Notes: generated by a model from the sequence alone, not told the origin. Shown: positions 51,101-64,000, counted from the first letter of the stretch. The stretch is DNA of 64,000 nt from Amphiscolops sp. MND2022 (GCA_964187785.1 OZ076415.1:33852001-33916000), one strand, 5' to 3'. Translations and numbers: made by a program.

Positions 51101-54100
51101 AGTCTTACTTCATCACTTGGAATTCTTGGACGAGGTCCTGGATTCCGGCGCTTTTGGAAGCTTGGATTGTCGATGCGACGGGCAACTTTTGTTCCTACGT
51201 GAACTTTACACAGTGATTCAACTATCATTGCTTTGAAAGAAAACGGGAAGGCCTTTTTTGTGTACCTCTTGCTGTTCACAGTCTCGATAATATTCTAGCC
51301 AGCAGTTCGTTGCAATTATTTTCACAGTATTCAAATATTTTCACATACGCTCTGGATCTGCAATATGTTGTTACTCGGAAACTGCCAATGTAACCGTTTA
51401 ACTGCCAAGGTAACTGTGATTTAAACTACGTATCCAACAATGCTGGTTGTATACGAGAATGCAATTTGGTGCTTTGCCTGGAACATATTCGCTTTTCTTT
51501 CTATCAAACTTTTGAACCGAGTTTTCCGGATCCGAGAAACAAAAAGTTTAGGATGGCCACAGTCTTGTTATTCCACCTTCGGGTGGGATAAAGTTTGATT
51601 TCTTGTATTTTTATTGTTTTCGTGTTGTACTAGCCTCTTTTAGATTTAGCGCAGGGTTCAAACTTAAGCCCCGGGGCTCTGTTGACAATTAACGTTCTCA
51701 AAGACCAAATACCGTTGAGTCCCAATGCCACTCGAAGTTCGGGTGAATTGAACCAATTGTCGAAGATAAGCTCGAAAATACAACTCGATGGAATGTTTGC
51801 CGCAAGACGTAGAGCCACTTGACCAGGTTTATTGATGTTTTCTCCAAGTGGAACAAAATCATTTTGACTGTAGAATTCGATGAAATTCGGACAGGACGAA
51901 TATTTTCCTTCCCCATTTCTTGGGTTTGTTTGGGTTGTACCGTCTCAACGAACTCTTTTTGCCTTTACACGCAATTATCTGCTCGTTTATCGACAATTGT
52001 TCCTCCATATATAAGTTTTTTGCTACGCTGTTGAAATGATTAATAAGCAATTGAAATTTTCTAGTGCTCGAAATGATTACATAGAAAATGACATAAGAGC
52101 AACTAACAAAAAAAGTTTCAAATAACATAATGAAAATAGTTTGAAGTAACAAAAAAATTAAACCGAGTACCCGGTTAAACAATCGAACCCAGAAAATTTT
52201 ATCTGTAATTTCCACACTTTTTCAGTGAACCTTTTGAATTGTGAATGCTTTTGACCACTAAAACTTTCTGGTAAACACATGTATTTTTATGTTTAATGAA
52301 ACTCATTCCATTTTTGTTATTTGAAACAAATTTCAATTTTATGTTATTTGCTCTTATTGTTTTTGGGAATTCACCCTCAAAATGCGAGCTAGAAATTATC
52401 GCCTCGAAGCCGCTCCTACTCATTGAGTCCGCGATTGGATCGTATCTTTTGATAAGAGTCATGTATAATGTTATTCCGATGTATATTGTTATTCTGACTG
52501 TATATTGTTATTCTGTTATCTTTTTTGTTGACTGTAAAAGTTGCGTTGATATCATTTGCCGCCCTGTACAAATTTGCCTTTTCACAAAGAGTGTTCAGAA
52601 AATAGTGAGTGAAATGTTTCCTGAAATAATGAATTGGGTTCTGGGTGGTTCTTTCTCCGTGATCGAATAGAAGAAACTCTTTACTTTGAGTGGTATTTGT
52701 TTTTAGCGTTTTCCATGAGCCATTCTTTATATAGGACTCTAGCGGTAGATCATCTTCGGATTCACTCGGCGGAACATCTGATTCTTCACTCTGTATTCGG
52801 CAATTCGTTTCGTTTTCAGATCTTTCCGAAATTTCTTGCCAGGTAACTTGTACTCTTGGAGCACTCATCGAGTAATCAACCAGTGCCGGTTCAGCAAAAG
52901 TTGTACATTTTGCCGTTTTCAGAGTTCTTTTTGCTGGAGAAAACAGCTTTTTTCGATAATGCTGGTATCTTCGCTCCATTTGACTTCCTTGTCGACGAAT
53001 TCATGTGGTGTTGCAAGTACTAGGTCTTTGAGATCTACAATATTGTTACTGCCGTCCTGCCAGTAAGCCGTACTGCCGTCACTTCAGCTGTAGCAAAATC
53101 AAAAGTCTCTCCAATTGTCGTCTGTGTTCCTTTCAATTTCAATTTTAACGTCGCTGTAATTATGCAGTTCAGTTAATAAAACAGTATCTTTATCTCCATT
53201 TTGCCACAGAATGTCACCTTCTAATAATTCGTAGTCATTCATTATCTTAAATAAAACAAGATAAAACACAAACGCCGAAAACAAGTGTAATTTTGAACGA
53301 TTTCGTACTCATTTCATAAGCGGACAATAAGTACTAAAACGGACGGAATTAATAAGTCCTAAATGCTGAACGTCATGAAAGGTCGCAAGTTATTAATGTA
53401 CAGTGTATGACGCTGAAAATTTAATGAACGACAATCAAAATTTAAAAACCAATCCGGTGAAAGAATGAATTTTCTAAAAAGACAATCGAAATTTCAAAAT
53501 CGACAATGATTTTTAATAATCCTTCCGCAGACACTGCTCGCCAGGGCTGGGTAAAAAATAATTGCAATTAAATGGAAGTTAATTATAAACAAAAATCAAT
53601 TAATGGTAATTATTTATGCACCAAAATCAATGATAGCAATTAATAGAAAATTAATTGCCAGTTGATGACTTTGCCATGGCGTCATTAACCTTAAGTTGGC
53701 CAGGAAAAATCTTGTTCCATCCAAAAAACGGGTGCTTCAACTTTAAACCGCAATATCTCCTGAACTATACAAGTCCGACAAACGATTTATACAGCGTTCG
53801 AAAGAGGAGCATTGGGACTTTCAAATCAATTAATAAACTGCTATGCTTGGGGCCCGCTAGCGCGGGCCCCTTGCGTGCAAAGTTTTTTGCGCTAAGTTCT
53901 CCGCTGGCGTGCGGCTTCGCCGCACTGGCTCCGAACTTTGCGCCAAAACTTTGCACGCGTCGTGTCTCTGCTTGCTTTTCAGCATGTTTCAAAACATGCT
54001 GGGGCCGCTTTGACCCAATGTTGATACCAGTGGGATAAAAGGGGCACAAACGAAAACTGGGAAAACGGAAAATCTGCACTTATTTTTTTTTTGATTTTTT

Positions 54101-57100
54101 CGCCTCATTTTCTGGATTTTGGAGACATCACGTCAATTTTCCGTGAAAAGGCGCCGAATGCTATGCAATATTGTCTGAAACTCTAATTAAAGGGTTTGCT
54201 TTACCATACAATCAGCTGGTGCATTAAGAATTTGCAGAAACTAAATGTGCCAAATTTGGCACATTGGCCAAGTTAAGGTTAACGCGACGAAAATGAAAAG
54301 CTCAAAACTTGGCCTAAATGATGCAAAAACTCATTTCAGGACTTAAAACAACCGAAAATGATAGCCTGAGCGCAATTTGAAACATTTAGTATTTTTCTTG
54401 TTAACCTTAAGTTGGCCAGGAAAAATCTTGTTCCATCCAAAAAACGGGTGCTTCAACTTTAAACCGCAATATCTCCTGAACTATACAAGTCCGACAAACG
54501 ATTTATACAGCGTTCGAAAGAGGAGCATTGGGACTTTCAAATCAATTAATAAACTGCTATGCTTGGGGCCCGCTAGCGCGGGCCCCTTGCGTGCAAAGTT
54601 TTTTGCGCTAAGTTCTCCGCTGGCGTGCGGCTTCGCCGCACTGGCTCCGAACTTTGCGCCAAAACTTTGCACGCGTCGTGTCTCTGCTTGCTTTTCAGCA
54701 TGTTTCAAAACATGCTGGGGCCGCTTTGACCCAATGTTGATACCAGTGGGATAAAAGGGGCACAAACGAAAACTGGGAAAACGGAAAATCTGCACTTATT
54801 TTTTTTTTTGATTTTTTCGCCTCATTTTCTGGATTTTGGAGACATCACGTCAATTTTCCGTGAAAAGGCGCCGAATGCTATGCAATATTGTCTGAAACTC
54901 TAATTAAAGGGTTTGCTTTACCATACAATCAGCTGGTGCATTAAGAATTTGCAGAAACTAAATGTGCCAAATTTGGCACATTGGCCAAGTTAAGGTTAAC
55001 AGCACCCGAGTCCCAGAACTGATAGTTGATCTTCAGAAATAGCTGCACTTCGAAATGAACCGGGGTAAGTGATTGCCGTAAATCGTTACAACAATAACCA
55101 GCTGTGCTGAATAGACGCTCCAATGTTCAATAAACGTGCAGTCTATGTATTTGCCGGTCACTTGCATTCTCTGCCGTTTCTTCTCAATTTCGTCCCTTGC
55201 AAAGTCTCTGGTTGAAGTAATGACCGCGAGATTGCCTTCTACGACATCTTTCAAAAGTAGTTGTCTGCACGCAAACTCTTCGTCCTTCGTCAGTGAATCA
55301 TCAGCTTTGTCAGTAATTTTCTCTACACCCGACTCGAAGTCTGGATATTTCACTATGGGTGATTTTGGCATCAAATATCTTTGCTGTTGTCCGTTGAAGT
55401 CGGGAACACGCGTGACAATCTTGTCAAATAATAAACGAACAAAAGCAAGATCGGTCGACTCGCGTTGCAAGGCTAAAATAACGGAATTTAACTCGTCCAA
55501 GTTTTCTAGTAAGGCATGAATATCTTGATTTTCTCTGACTGTCAGAAATGAATCAACAAGCGTTGATTCTCGGGCGAAATGAGTTTCCAAAATTGAGTCT
55601 TAAGTCGTTGTAACGATGAATCATTGCATATGTACTGCTCCATCGATGCACAGTTAATGACGTTAATTGCCTCAGTCCAACGTCGCTAAATTGGTCCAAG
55701 CAAGCGAAGCAAGTATAAGAAGCAAATATGCGAGCGGTGCGCCGGCTGGCGGAAGTGTGGTATTCATTACCGTGCTGTTCACTACCCTACCCAAAAGTAC
55801 GCCCCCATCCACACAAATTAAACGTACCTATTTGAGCCAGTGTGAATAAATGTGAATTCCTGACAGTCAGGCGAAATCCTATTGGCTGCTTACTGGTTAC
55901 GCGGCACGGATTCGCCGTGTGAAAGCAGTTTGCCATACAGCGTGTAACCACGACGAATATGGAAAAAGTGGTAATTAATTGCTTTTCCATCCATTGATTG
56001 CCATTAGCATAAAACAAAAATCAATTAATTTCCATTAATTTATGACAAATAATTTTTTCACCATTAATTTTTACCCAGCCTTGCTGCTCGCATGCAGCGT
56101 GTAATTAAGATTGAAAGTTGTAGTGCCGCTATGCGAAGCAGCATTTTCATTCTTTCTATAATTTTGAATGGCTATTTGTGAAAAGTTGATTGTCTATTTA
56201 ATCAACCAATCAAAAACAAGCTGTTACCGAGCGGTGGAAATTTTGAATGACGTTTATTAAATTTTTGCGTCATACACTGAATTTAAGAAAACAAGCAGTT
56301 GAATTTTTTTGTTTCCAGGTTTGGATGCAATAAGCTTTCTTTTTGCTGCTCGGAAATACGATTCAAATATTTGTTCATATGTGTCTGGAAAAGTTGGATT
56401 TTATCTAATCTTTTCGACTACTATTTATAATTTTATTTCGTGTTAGAAAAGTAGTGTCCAATCGAATGGGAGCAAATTTTCATTCTAGAGTTACGTCACG
56501 ATAATGTGTGTTTGTTCAGGCTTAAAATGGGTTATTCTATTTCAGTAGGAAATCGTACCGTTGTCCGTTTAGTGTTAAGATAGGAAATGAACGTTTCGAG
56601 GCAAAAAACTGCGATTTTTTTTCATTGAGAATGTTTTAGAAACAAAAAATAAATCATAGAATTCTAGACAATGTGCAGAAACCTATGAATTGAAACTATT
56701 TTAGAAAATTTTTTCAAAAAGCTGCCCAAAACTGGAAAAATAGCCGAAATTTTTTTCTGCGCCTGAGATTTTCAGTTGATGCGCCAAACAGAATTGAAAG
56801 CGAGAGCAAATAAGCAATTCTAATTTGTTGATAACGACGCTCAGCGCATAGGGGGACGATTTCTTAATCACAGTACTGTATTTCTGAGTCACTTACACTA
56901 TTCATATGTAATAATCAACAATCACTCAAAATCTAGTTATTTTGCTATATCAGCATTTTCAACTGCTGAGCTGGGTTGTTCAATCCTGTTCAACCGAATT
57001 AAAATCTCGAGATCTCAAAATAAAACAAAATACATACTGCGCAATGAATCCTTTTTGAATATGAACTTACTCATACTTTTGGAAATTACACAACAAACTG

Positions 57101-59858
57101 CTACCAGCTTTCAGAAGCATACGTTCTCCAACTTATTAGATTACAGAAAACAGATGAACTTACGAACTGTTTTTTAACCACGAACTCTTTTCCAAATTCT
57201 CCTTATATGTATTCCATTGCAAAAATGTATTGAATAGTTTTTTTTCAAACTCAAAATAAATGATTAGGAAATCGGATCTTGAGAAAGTAACATGAAGAAA
57301 CTTCCGATTTGAACGACAATTGACACCTTAAGGGAACAAAGCTACCTTGACCACTCATTAATTATTTATCGTTTGTACTTCACCTTAAATTTATTTTACT
57401 AATACTAATTAAAATAATTATATGCCTTTCCTTCTATGATGAGTTTCATATTCTCTCGAATTTATATGTTTTTGTGCTTCCTTATAGTCAGCGATCGTTT
57501 CTATCAGTTCATTCGAAAAGTTTGCCGTTTCGCCGCAAAGATATTTAATGATTTTTATGCGGCTGTTTTTAAAAAGCCGTGATTTAAAAAGGTGTATGAC
57601 GTCCAAACGTCTAGCATAATCTAGTTGATATAATTATGGCCCTACGTGACTCTGAATTTGTTTTTCACCAAATAATTCACCAAGACGGAAGTTCGCATCT
57701 AACCTGTGTCAAACTTCAGAATATTTTCGAATTGAACTATTTTCACCTGTGTTCGGATGTAATGCTATATGAAGAATTTTTGACGCTATTTCCGATTGGA
57801 TCTTGCCAAGAAGCAGGTCGGAGTGCACATCTAGTCAGTGTCTAACTTTCTCATTCAACTTGTATACCATTTTGACATATACAACGACATAAAACGCAAT
57901 CATTTCGAATTATCGACGTTTTTCTCGAGGTAAGTTATGCCAAGGAGAACAGGGTGGTAGTTCTCATTTTGAATTGCCACATTGGAGCCCCATATGCATG
58001 GCATAGTTTTTAGAAAACTAAAAAAGTCTCTACAGATCTGAAAACCAAGTTGAGAATAATCCATTACTTGTCCAAACAATTGAGAAGTGTCCCAATATTT
58101 GCTTAAGGCGTCCGTTACGGTAAACAGAAATGTAACAGTGCCAATGCGCCTCACTGGTCACAACTGGATTCAACTTCCGAATTGATTCGTTTGCTGCAAT
58201 AGTGTGTGCATGTTTCCCCACAAAAGCGCAAAAATAATCGTTTTTGGAAATCTTGCATCGATCTAAGGAATTGACATTTTAAATACAATTTTCTAATAGC
58301 ATTTGTTGTTTCTGCGAAAGCGGATGATTAGAACCTAGTTGATGCTGCTTTTTTAAAATTGTAGGAACTAATTTTTCAATTCCTACCATATTTGATAGTG
58401 AGGAGAAGTCTCGCTCACTAATGACTATGTCGAAATAAGTTTCCAACTAGCCAGGTTTTAAAAGACATCTTGCGGTGGTTTGTTAAAAGGTTGACATTTA
58501 GTTAATTTTTGTTTAGAAATTTATTAAATATTTCCTGAAAAAATACATGTCTCAACGTTTTTGACATAGTCTTATTGTTTGAACTGAAGTTCCCTTTCAG
58601 TTAGATGATTCATTTATTGCACATAGTCCATCCGCTTTCGTGGGTGGTACAAGAGACGAGCTCCTGGTAATTTGTTTATAGCTTGTCATTTTTCCCCTCT
58701 ACAACTTTAGTTGAGCTATTGCGCTAATTTTTCGTCTCGCTCAATGAAAAGCTTACCAAAGCATAGCTGCGTCGTAAATATCATCAGTAGCAGACTTTCA
58801 GTTTAGAAAGATGAACAAATCACAAAACACCATGAATTTTTTTCCACTACATATAAACCACTACATCGAAAACTGTGCGACTTGAAATTATTTCCTGTCG
58901 CAATTTACTATTTTCCCACTTTCTGTGGGAAGTCCCAGGAATGTTTTGCTTGTCGCTATTGTTAGATAAATATGTTAGACGTAAACGATGCCCAATTGGC
59001 TGTTTATTCGTGCTCGAGCTCTTGTGCTCAAATGTTCCAAATTTAAAAGTTCCTCTGATTGTCGTTTTTGCTCTATGCAGCCCACCCCGTCGAGTAGCAG
59101 TTCAATGTTTTGGTGCAATTGTTTTGTGAAGGAAAACATGCTTAGCTATCATGGAAGCAGTTTAGTGGATTTCATTGAATATTTCAGTAAGAGTTCAGTG
59201 ATCATCCAAAAAATGAGTAACAATTCATGACGCATTCAATCAACATTTCATTAGAATTTCAGTAACAAATTGTTCGTTTTTTAGTTGGCGCTTTTTGTAA
59301 CGAAGTGCCCGACCGTTACACTGGCAAATTACTTTTCTGTTCGTCGGACCATAGACATCACTCAGAATGGTTTACTTTTTCAAGAGACTTTGTTCACGCT
59401 TGGCCTAGTTGTAAAGATCGTGCTCCGGAAGCAAGAGATCTTGGATTCGAATACCGCGCAGGCTTAAAACTCTTAATTTCTGCGAATCGTGACGGGATGG
59501 CCCGGAAAAGACTTTTTCACTTAAGATGACATTTTCAAGCCCAAAGGGCCCTCTTTTAGTTATTTTTGGCACACATTTGTGAGAGCTTCCTAAAAGCCAC
59601 CTTGGGCATATTCACGAAACTTTGTGCGTTTTGAGCCTCAGGTGGGTGTCGACTTGAGACGTTCTTGTCTTGTCTTTTTTTTTCAGATAAACATTCAACA
59701 TAGAAGAATTCTATTTTTTTCCGGCTGTGAAAGCTGAGTTTGTGTTTATTTTCCTTATCAGTCGTTTTAAAGATTTACAATTTTTCAATGCAATTGTTTC
59801 AGAAGAGAAGAAGAAGGCGAAACGTGAACGAGAAGGTCATTGCTGTTGTATGATGTAA
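48118..59858 (+). CDS. UBL3: Ubiquitin-like protein 3 (membrane-anchored Ub fold), 280 aa; exons 48118-48627, 49096-49294, 49462-49539, 59803-59858
   Basis: LRLIINSG...HDNWPSQWESDQVSDPGILRLIYQGRFLH and VVMHLIPRETLPE match UBL3; GT-AG junctions have compatible phases (0,1,1); the last exon ends GHCCCMM* (CaaX). Exon 1 is the least certain part. Confidence 0.9.
49870..50390 (+). mobile_element. Highly decayed LINE RT remnant in the UBL3 intron
   Basis: LLDLSKA and IKYLGYY motifs in broken frames. Confidence 0.5.
50740..52979 (-). mobile_element. piggyBac transposon remnant (transposase pseudogene)
   Basis: TTAA+CCCTAAATGG end at 50736-50750; NPIHYFRKHF, INEQIIACKG...YNPNKPKKWG, IFDNWFNS and a C-terminal Cys-rich finger (CRIPGC...MC...LC...DC...FH). 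The other TIR was not found. Confidence 0.85.
53689..54278. mobile_element. TTAA-target (piggyBac-like) MITE, copy 1 (590 bp)
   Basis: TTAA flanks; TIRs CCTTAAGTTGGCCA / TGGCCAAGTTAAGG. Confidence 0.9.
54405..54995. mobile_element. TTAA-target (piggyBac-like) MITE, copy 2 (591 bp)
   Basis: Essentially identical to copy 1 (one extra T in a T run); TTAA flanks. Confidence 0.9.
59355..59690 (+). repeat. Dispersed SINE-like repeat with tRNA-like head (related pieces near 48820-49087, 60570-60760, 62880-63150)
   Basis: GG(A/G)TTCGAATACCGCGC B-box at about 59445 and 60690; shared AAAGGG(T/C)CCC motifs and GAGCC...CGACTTG end motif. Confidence 0.55.
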
Positions 59859-61570
59859 TATCTGTTCTATGTCGACATTATTGGCCATCGGCTACAATCG
59901 CTTCTGGTCGCACTGATTTTAATGGCGATAATGTCTTGTGTGATTTCGAGTTAACTACGAGCCGAAGCAGCCGACGCCAACTAAGATTATTTTATATCTG
60001 ACGTAGTTTAGAAACCCCTTGAGCGACCCAGTTGCCCTACAACCCTGATCTATTTTTATCCGACTGGACTGTAATAGCTGTAATACTTCAACACTAATTA
60101 TTGTCATTATAATTTTATTTAATTACCGAAGGTACAACTGCTTTTCATAAAGCTGCGGAGAGATAAATTGATGAGTTTGTAAGAAAATGTGTCTAATTGT
60201 TGCCCAATTTTGATGTTTTGTTCGAGGGTTTGGAACCCCAAAACGTGTGCAGAATAATTGTTTGATGGACAGTAAATACAATAGATGTTATTTATGATCA
60301 ATTTTGAATGTCACAATTAGAAATACTCGTATATACAAACACATTAGATTTTATGCCTAGTTGTCAAATTGCGAAGTTACCTGATCCCATCAAAATTGTA
60401 TAGGAGGCTTTATTAGAGTTGGACTTAGTGAAAGAAACTGCTGTTATTACATACTCGAAACAGTTACGTTAAAGAATTTTATGAGGAGCATTTCATTTTG
60501 ACGCCGTTTTTAATTGGCGTATGTTGTAATAAATGTGTCCCATTATTACCATGGCTATAGCTTTTCGGACTATAGTTTTTCTGAATGGTCCACTTTTGGA
60601 CAGACATTGTTCGCTCATCCTGCTTGGCCTGCCACTTGGCAAAGTGATTAGCATGTGTGACCGAGAAGCAGATGTTCGAGGGTTCGAATACCGCGCTGAT
60701 CTAAAGTTTCAAAAAACCTACGAGGCCGGAGGGTCCCTCTTTAGTTTTTTTTTTATTTTTTTTCTTCACTTTCCTCAGTTTAATTGACGTTTCACGTTCA
60801 AAAAGCTTTTTTCGTTCCCTTTTCGTAATTTCTGCACTGTCAGATTTTCCAGAACGTTTTTGGAAGCCACCCATACTTAAAAGACTTAGCGCTTTTTGAA
60901 CCACCGGTGAAGTGCCAACCTTACACGGTCTTGTCTTATTTGTTAAAGTTATTGAAGCCTAATTTTCTGCGTCACATCGAAGGCCAGCAAGTGTTGCTAA
61001 TTAAATTTGCATTGTAAACTTTTTGTTTGAATTATCCTGAATTAGTGTGAAAAACTACAACATTTGAATCGTTTCCTGGCTCTAGCAGTGGATTTTCTGT
61101 AGGTTCTTTTTGTAGAGATGAATTGCGTACTGTGTATGATGATATTCACTGGGTGAACTTGGCTTCTCTGAAAAATCAATTTTGTTTCCCCATTCCTGGT
61201 AACTATTGGACGGGTGTATAAAGGACCTTCATCTTCGCAAATTTAAAATACTGGGCGCCAAGAACGCCTCTTTCGCAAACAAGCTGCGTTTATTCTCTTT
61301 CGATTTCATGAAAGAGAAATTAAACAAAAATATGAATAAAAGAAGTACTGTTTTCATATTGGCTTCATGTTTTCACATGCGGTGAACTAGTATAAACACT
61401 CGTTAGGTAGCGTAAACTTAGCCTACTGTGGTAAATTTTAGGATTAATGCAGTCTGTTTGATACCATGTGAGTTGGGTTTAGTTACATACCGACAACCAA
61501 ACGCATGATTTTTCATCAGTGCATTTAAGTTTTAACAAGCCGGGATGTGCGGAGTCTTTACCCCGTTTAA

Positions 61571-62114
61571 CATCGACAGTACACCGAGAAGTCGAAAAAT
61601 TGACAAAATTTTGACAAATTTTTTCAAAGCTTCATTTCTCCACAAATAATAGCCGCAGCTCCAATCGGTTTACTGTTCCTGAAAGCCCTTTACCTAAGCT
61701 TTCAAATGCGCAATAGTTAGGTCGCGAGTTGGCGCGGGCCCCGCTATGCCGGGCCTTTCAAATACCGGTTGAACTCATAACTGAAGCTTCATTGGAAAAA
61801 ATTCTATATGCGTTTTCAATGGTGGCAAACTGTGTTACTAGTGGGGACAGTAACTTAGCAAACAGTTGCTCAGTTATTGAGAAAAAACGAATTTTCTGAT
61901 GTGTACTTTTTTGCAAATTTTCACTTTTTTGCCGGTGGCTCGGAAAAAAATATATAGTGACACAGATAACAATTCACACCAGATAGTCCAATAGATTGTC
62001 GATAAGAAATAAAAACAATTTTTCGTTTTCCTCTATGCATTTTGCATGTCGTAATTTATTATTGATTGCGAAAAAAATGGCTGTCCTCATTTGAGGACGA
62101 AATCACTGTCGATG
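61571..62114. mobile_element. TIR MITE flanked by TTAA (544 bp)
   Basis: TTAA-CATCGACAGT ... ACTGTCGATG-TTAA. Confidence 0.75.
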
Positions 62115-63441
62115 TTAAGGCTCCAAAATATATGACGGAGGCGTTGAAACTTTTAATTTGCTTTTGTTCATTTCTCCCAGCTTTCTAGAATTGAGACAAA
62201 AATTTTTGATACGACTTGGATTGATTTCTTACAATACTGAATGACAACCTGGTGTTTCTACCACCAGACTATCCAGCCTTTGATCACTCTCGTCCTATCT
62301 CATCGCACGCGTCTAACACTTGATCACTTCGTGTGTTATAATTTTCTGACTATATTTCTGAATAATTCTGTGGAAGAACCTCTATAATTGGAAAATCCTC
62401 TATAATAAAATTGGAAAAACAGGATTAAGAAAAAACGCTGTGATTTGCCTTTTCCATGTCTAACTATGAACCGAAAATAACGATTACATTGTATTTAGTG
62501 AAGAGCTAGCTAGCTTATCTCTAAGCCACAACTTAAAATTCTACAATTTTAAAATCGGCCAAGAACTGCTTACTATTGTACTTGCTTTCATTTTTTTCAT
62601 CCTTCCCGAAAGGACGAATTCCTAATTTCTGATTCCCTACTCTAGTTTAATTGCTATGTTGCACCATATATTCAATCGCGCCATTTTTAGTCAGCGCTTT
62701 TCTAGAGAAAATAGTCGACTATAGTCATGGCTTTTCGTCTGTTTTTTTTCGATACACCTGAAGTGAACCCCCAGTTCTCCCCAAAAAGTTCTACAAAATT
62801 TTAAGAAGGCACCAAATTGTACCCGTTGACCCAAGGAACTGAACCAAAAAGGTTTCCCGCGTAACATACAATACCGGACGAGACCAAAGGATCCCCCTTT
62901 CAGTTTTTTTTGGCATTGCGAGACTGTTTTTCGGGATTTTTTTTTCTCAAAGGGTCCCCCTTCGTCTTTTGGAGTTTTGCGACAGAATGGATGTTGAAAA
63001 ATCCCAAAGGCCCTCCCCTTTTCGGCATTGTGAGACTTTCATTTTTTTCATGAAAGGGTCCCCGATTCACCAATACTTTGACATTTTGAAGTCCTTTGCT
63101 ATTTTTGAGCCTTAGATATGGCGCCGACTTGGGCCGGTCCCGGCTTGTTGATACTTTATGTTGATTTCCTCAATAGGCGGTATTAAGGGGCCCAATTGGG
63201 GTTTCTTTGTTACCAGAGATTTGAACTAGAATTAGATGATGAGGGATTGTCTGCTAGAGGTCTATGAACTAAAAATTAGTATTCTAACTACTTTGCGGTG
63301 ATTGAAGCTTGAATCAGACAATTCCGTCTCGTAGTTTTCTGGTGATCGTAAAAGAAATGAAGTATTTCATGTCCGAATTTTTGTTACCGACTCATGTTTA
63401 CCCTTGAAATGAAAAACTCTGTCTGTTTTCAGATCTGTGAG

Positions 63442-63894
63442 ATGGACGAAGACGAAGAATACGTTGGCTTCAAAGTCACATCTGATGACCTAGAGTATGA
63501 GCTTGACCCTATGAGGTCATTTCGTAAACAAACCAAGGACCAAGCTATCTATGGTAGGCTGCATTTGCCTTTTACTTCACGCCTAGCTACTATTATTAGA
63601 AGGCGACCACAGCTGAATAATGATTCCTGCTTTGGTGCCTTGAAACGTCGCTGGCTTTTTGCCACCTAGTAGTGACATGTGACCTCTAATAAATCACTGT
63701 AGAGTGATGACAGCCGGAGTAATTGATCACTTTCTTCTTTGTGCGCGTTGAAAGAAGTAATCTTAACTGTTGAAGGTATTTGGTCTGTGGATGATGACAA
63801 AGCTGGTAAACAACGACAAGATGCCAAGTCCTATTACAAAACAGTGGGTGTCAATTTCGTCAGTGGGGGAGTCACGGAGGTCAAGCCTGAACAA
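63442..63894 (+). CDS. TFIP11: Tuftelin-interacting protein 11 (spliceosome disassembly factor), first coding exons 63442-63553 and 63776-63894; continues past the window
   Basis: FKVTSDDLEYELDP...QTKDQAIYG|IW...VNFVSGG matches the TFIP11/Ntr1 N-terminus (human FEITDWDLQNEFNP...QTKEEATYGVW...VNFISAG); phase-1 GT-AG intron. Confidence 0.88.
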
Positions 63895-64000
63895 GTCAGC
63901 ATGTTTGATTTTTCTAGAGTTCTCTTGATTGATAACTTAGAATGTGAATCCCTTTGGAAGTGTAATTGAGAAGTCACTTGATTCAATTCACATGAAACTG

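Larger units (their letters stand above)
53542..56083 (-). mobile_element. Deleted hAT transposon with C-terminal transposase remnant
   Basis: TIRs CAGGGCTGGGTAAAAA / TTTTTACCCAGCCTTG; 8-bp TSD CTGCTCGC (53534-53541, 56084-56091); ERLFSTAG...QLFLKINYQFW dimerisation motif. Confidence 0.92.
53401..56279. mobile_element. Tc1/mariner-type MITE (about 330 bp when empty) hosting a hAT insertion
   Basis: Inverted ends CAGTGTATGACGC / GCGTCATACACTG extending over about 40 bp; TA precedes the left end. Confidence 0.75.

Noticed and set aside
52980-53400. Second TIR of the piggyBac remnant
   Set aside because: No GTCCATTTAGGG-TTAA match found; that end is lost or too decayed to place.
53655-54795. 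Duplicated 127/125-aa and 104-aa ORFs as a tandem gene pair
   Set aside because: They lie wholly within two identical MITEs, occur on both strands and have no recognisable motifs.
57418-58221. Possible nested gene in the UBL3 intron
   Set aside because: Short ORFs on both strands with no recognisable homology and no convincing splice chain.
59397-60700. Genuine tRNA genes at about 59400 and 60640 (also 34700)
   Set aside because: Only B-box-like parts are present; acceptor and anticodon stems cannot be folded.

Overview
Eukaryotic (animal-type, spliceosomal introns, AT-rich), transposon-dense window; nothing prokaryotic is present. The left half (1417-34166) holds two divergent, same-orientation giant Ty3/Gypsy LTR retrotransposons: A (1417-16744, about 15.3 kb, old) and B (17822-34166, about 16.3 kb, young). 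Both share an unusual layout. The LTRs are 1.5-1.9 kb, start TGTCGCAG and contain the start of the gag frame, which reads through the PBS. Gag-pol is followed by a large antisense, intron-containing gene (long acidic N-terminus, BED-like zinc finger, hAT-transposase-like body) and then a sense CxxC ORF that runs into the 3' LTR. At least two intron positions of the antisense gene are shared between the two families. This cargo system is the most interesting feature. The right half contains a CRE-like non-LTR element with a nested hAT, a decayed Copia with nested foldback MITEs and a LINE, a UBL3 gene (N-terminally extended; 10-kb last intron full of nested DNA transposons, including an apparent composite MITE), and the first exons of TFIP11. 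Homology calls come from motif recognition by eye; no database searches were run.
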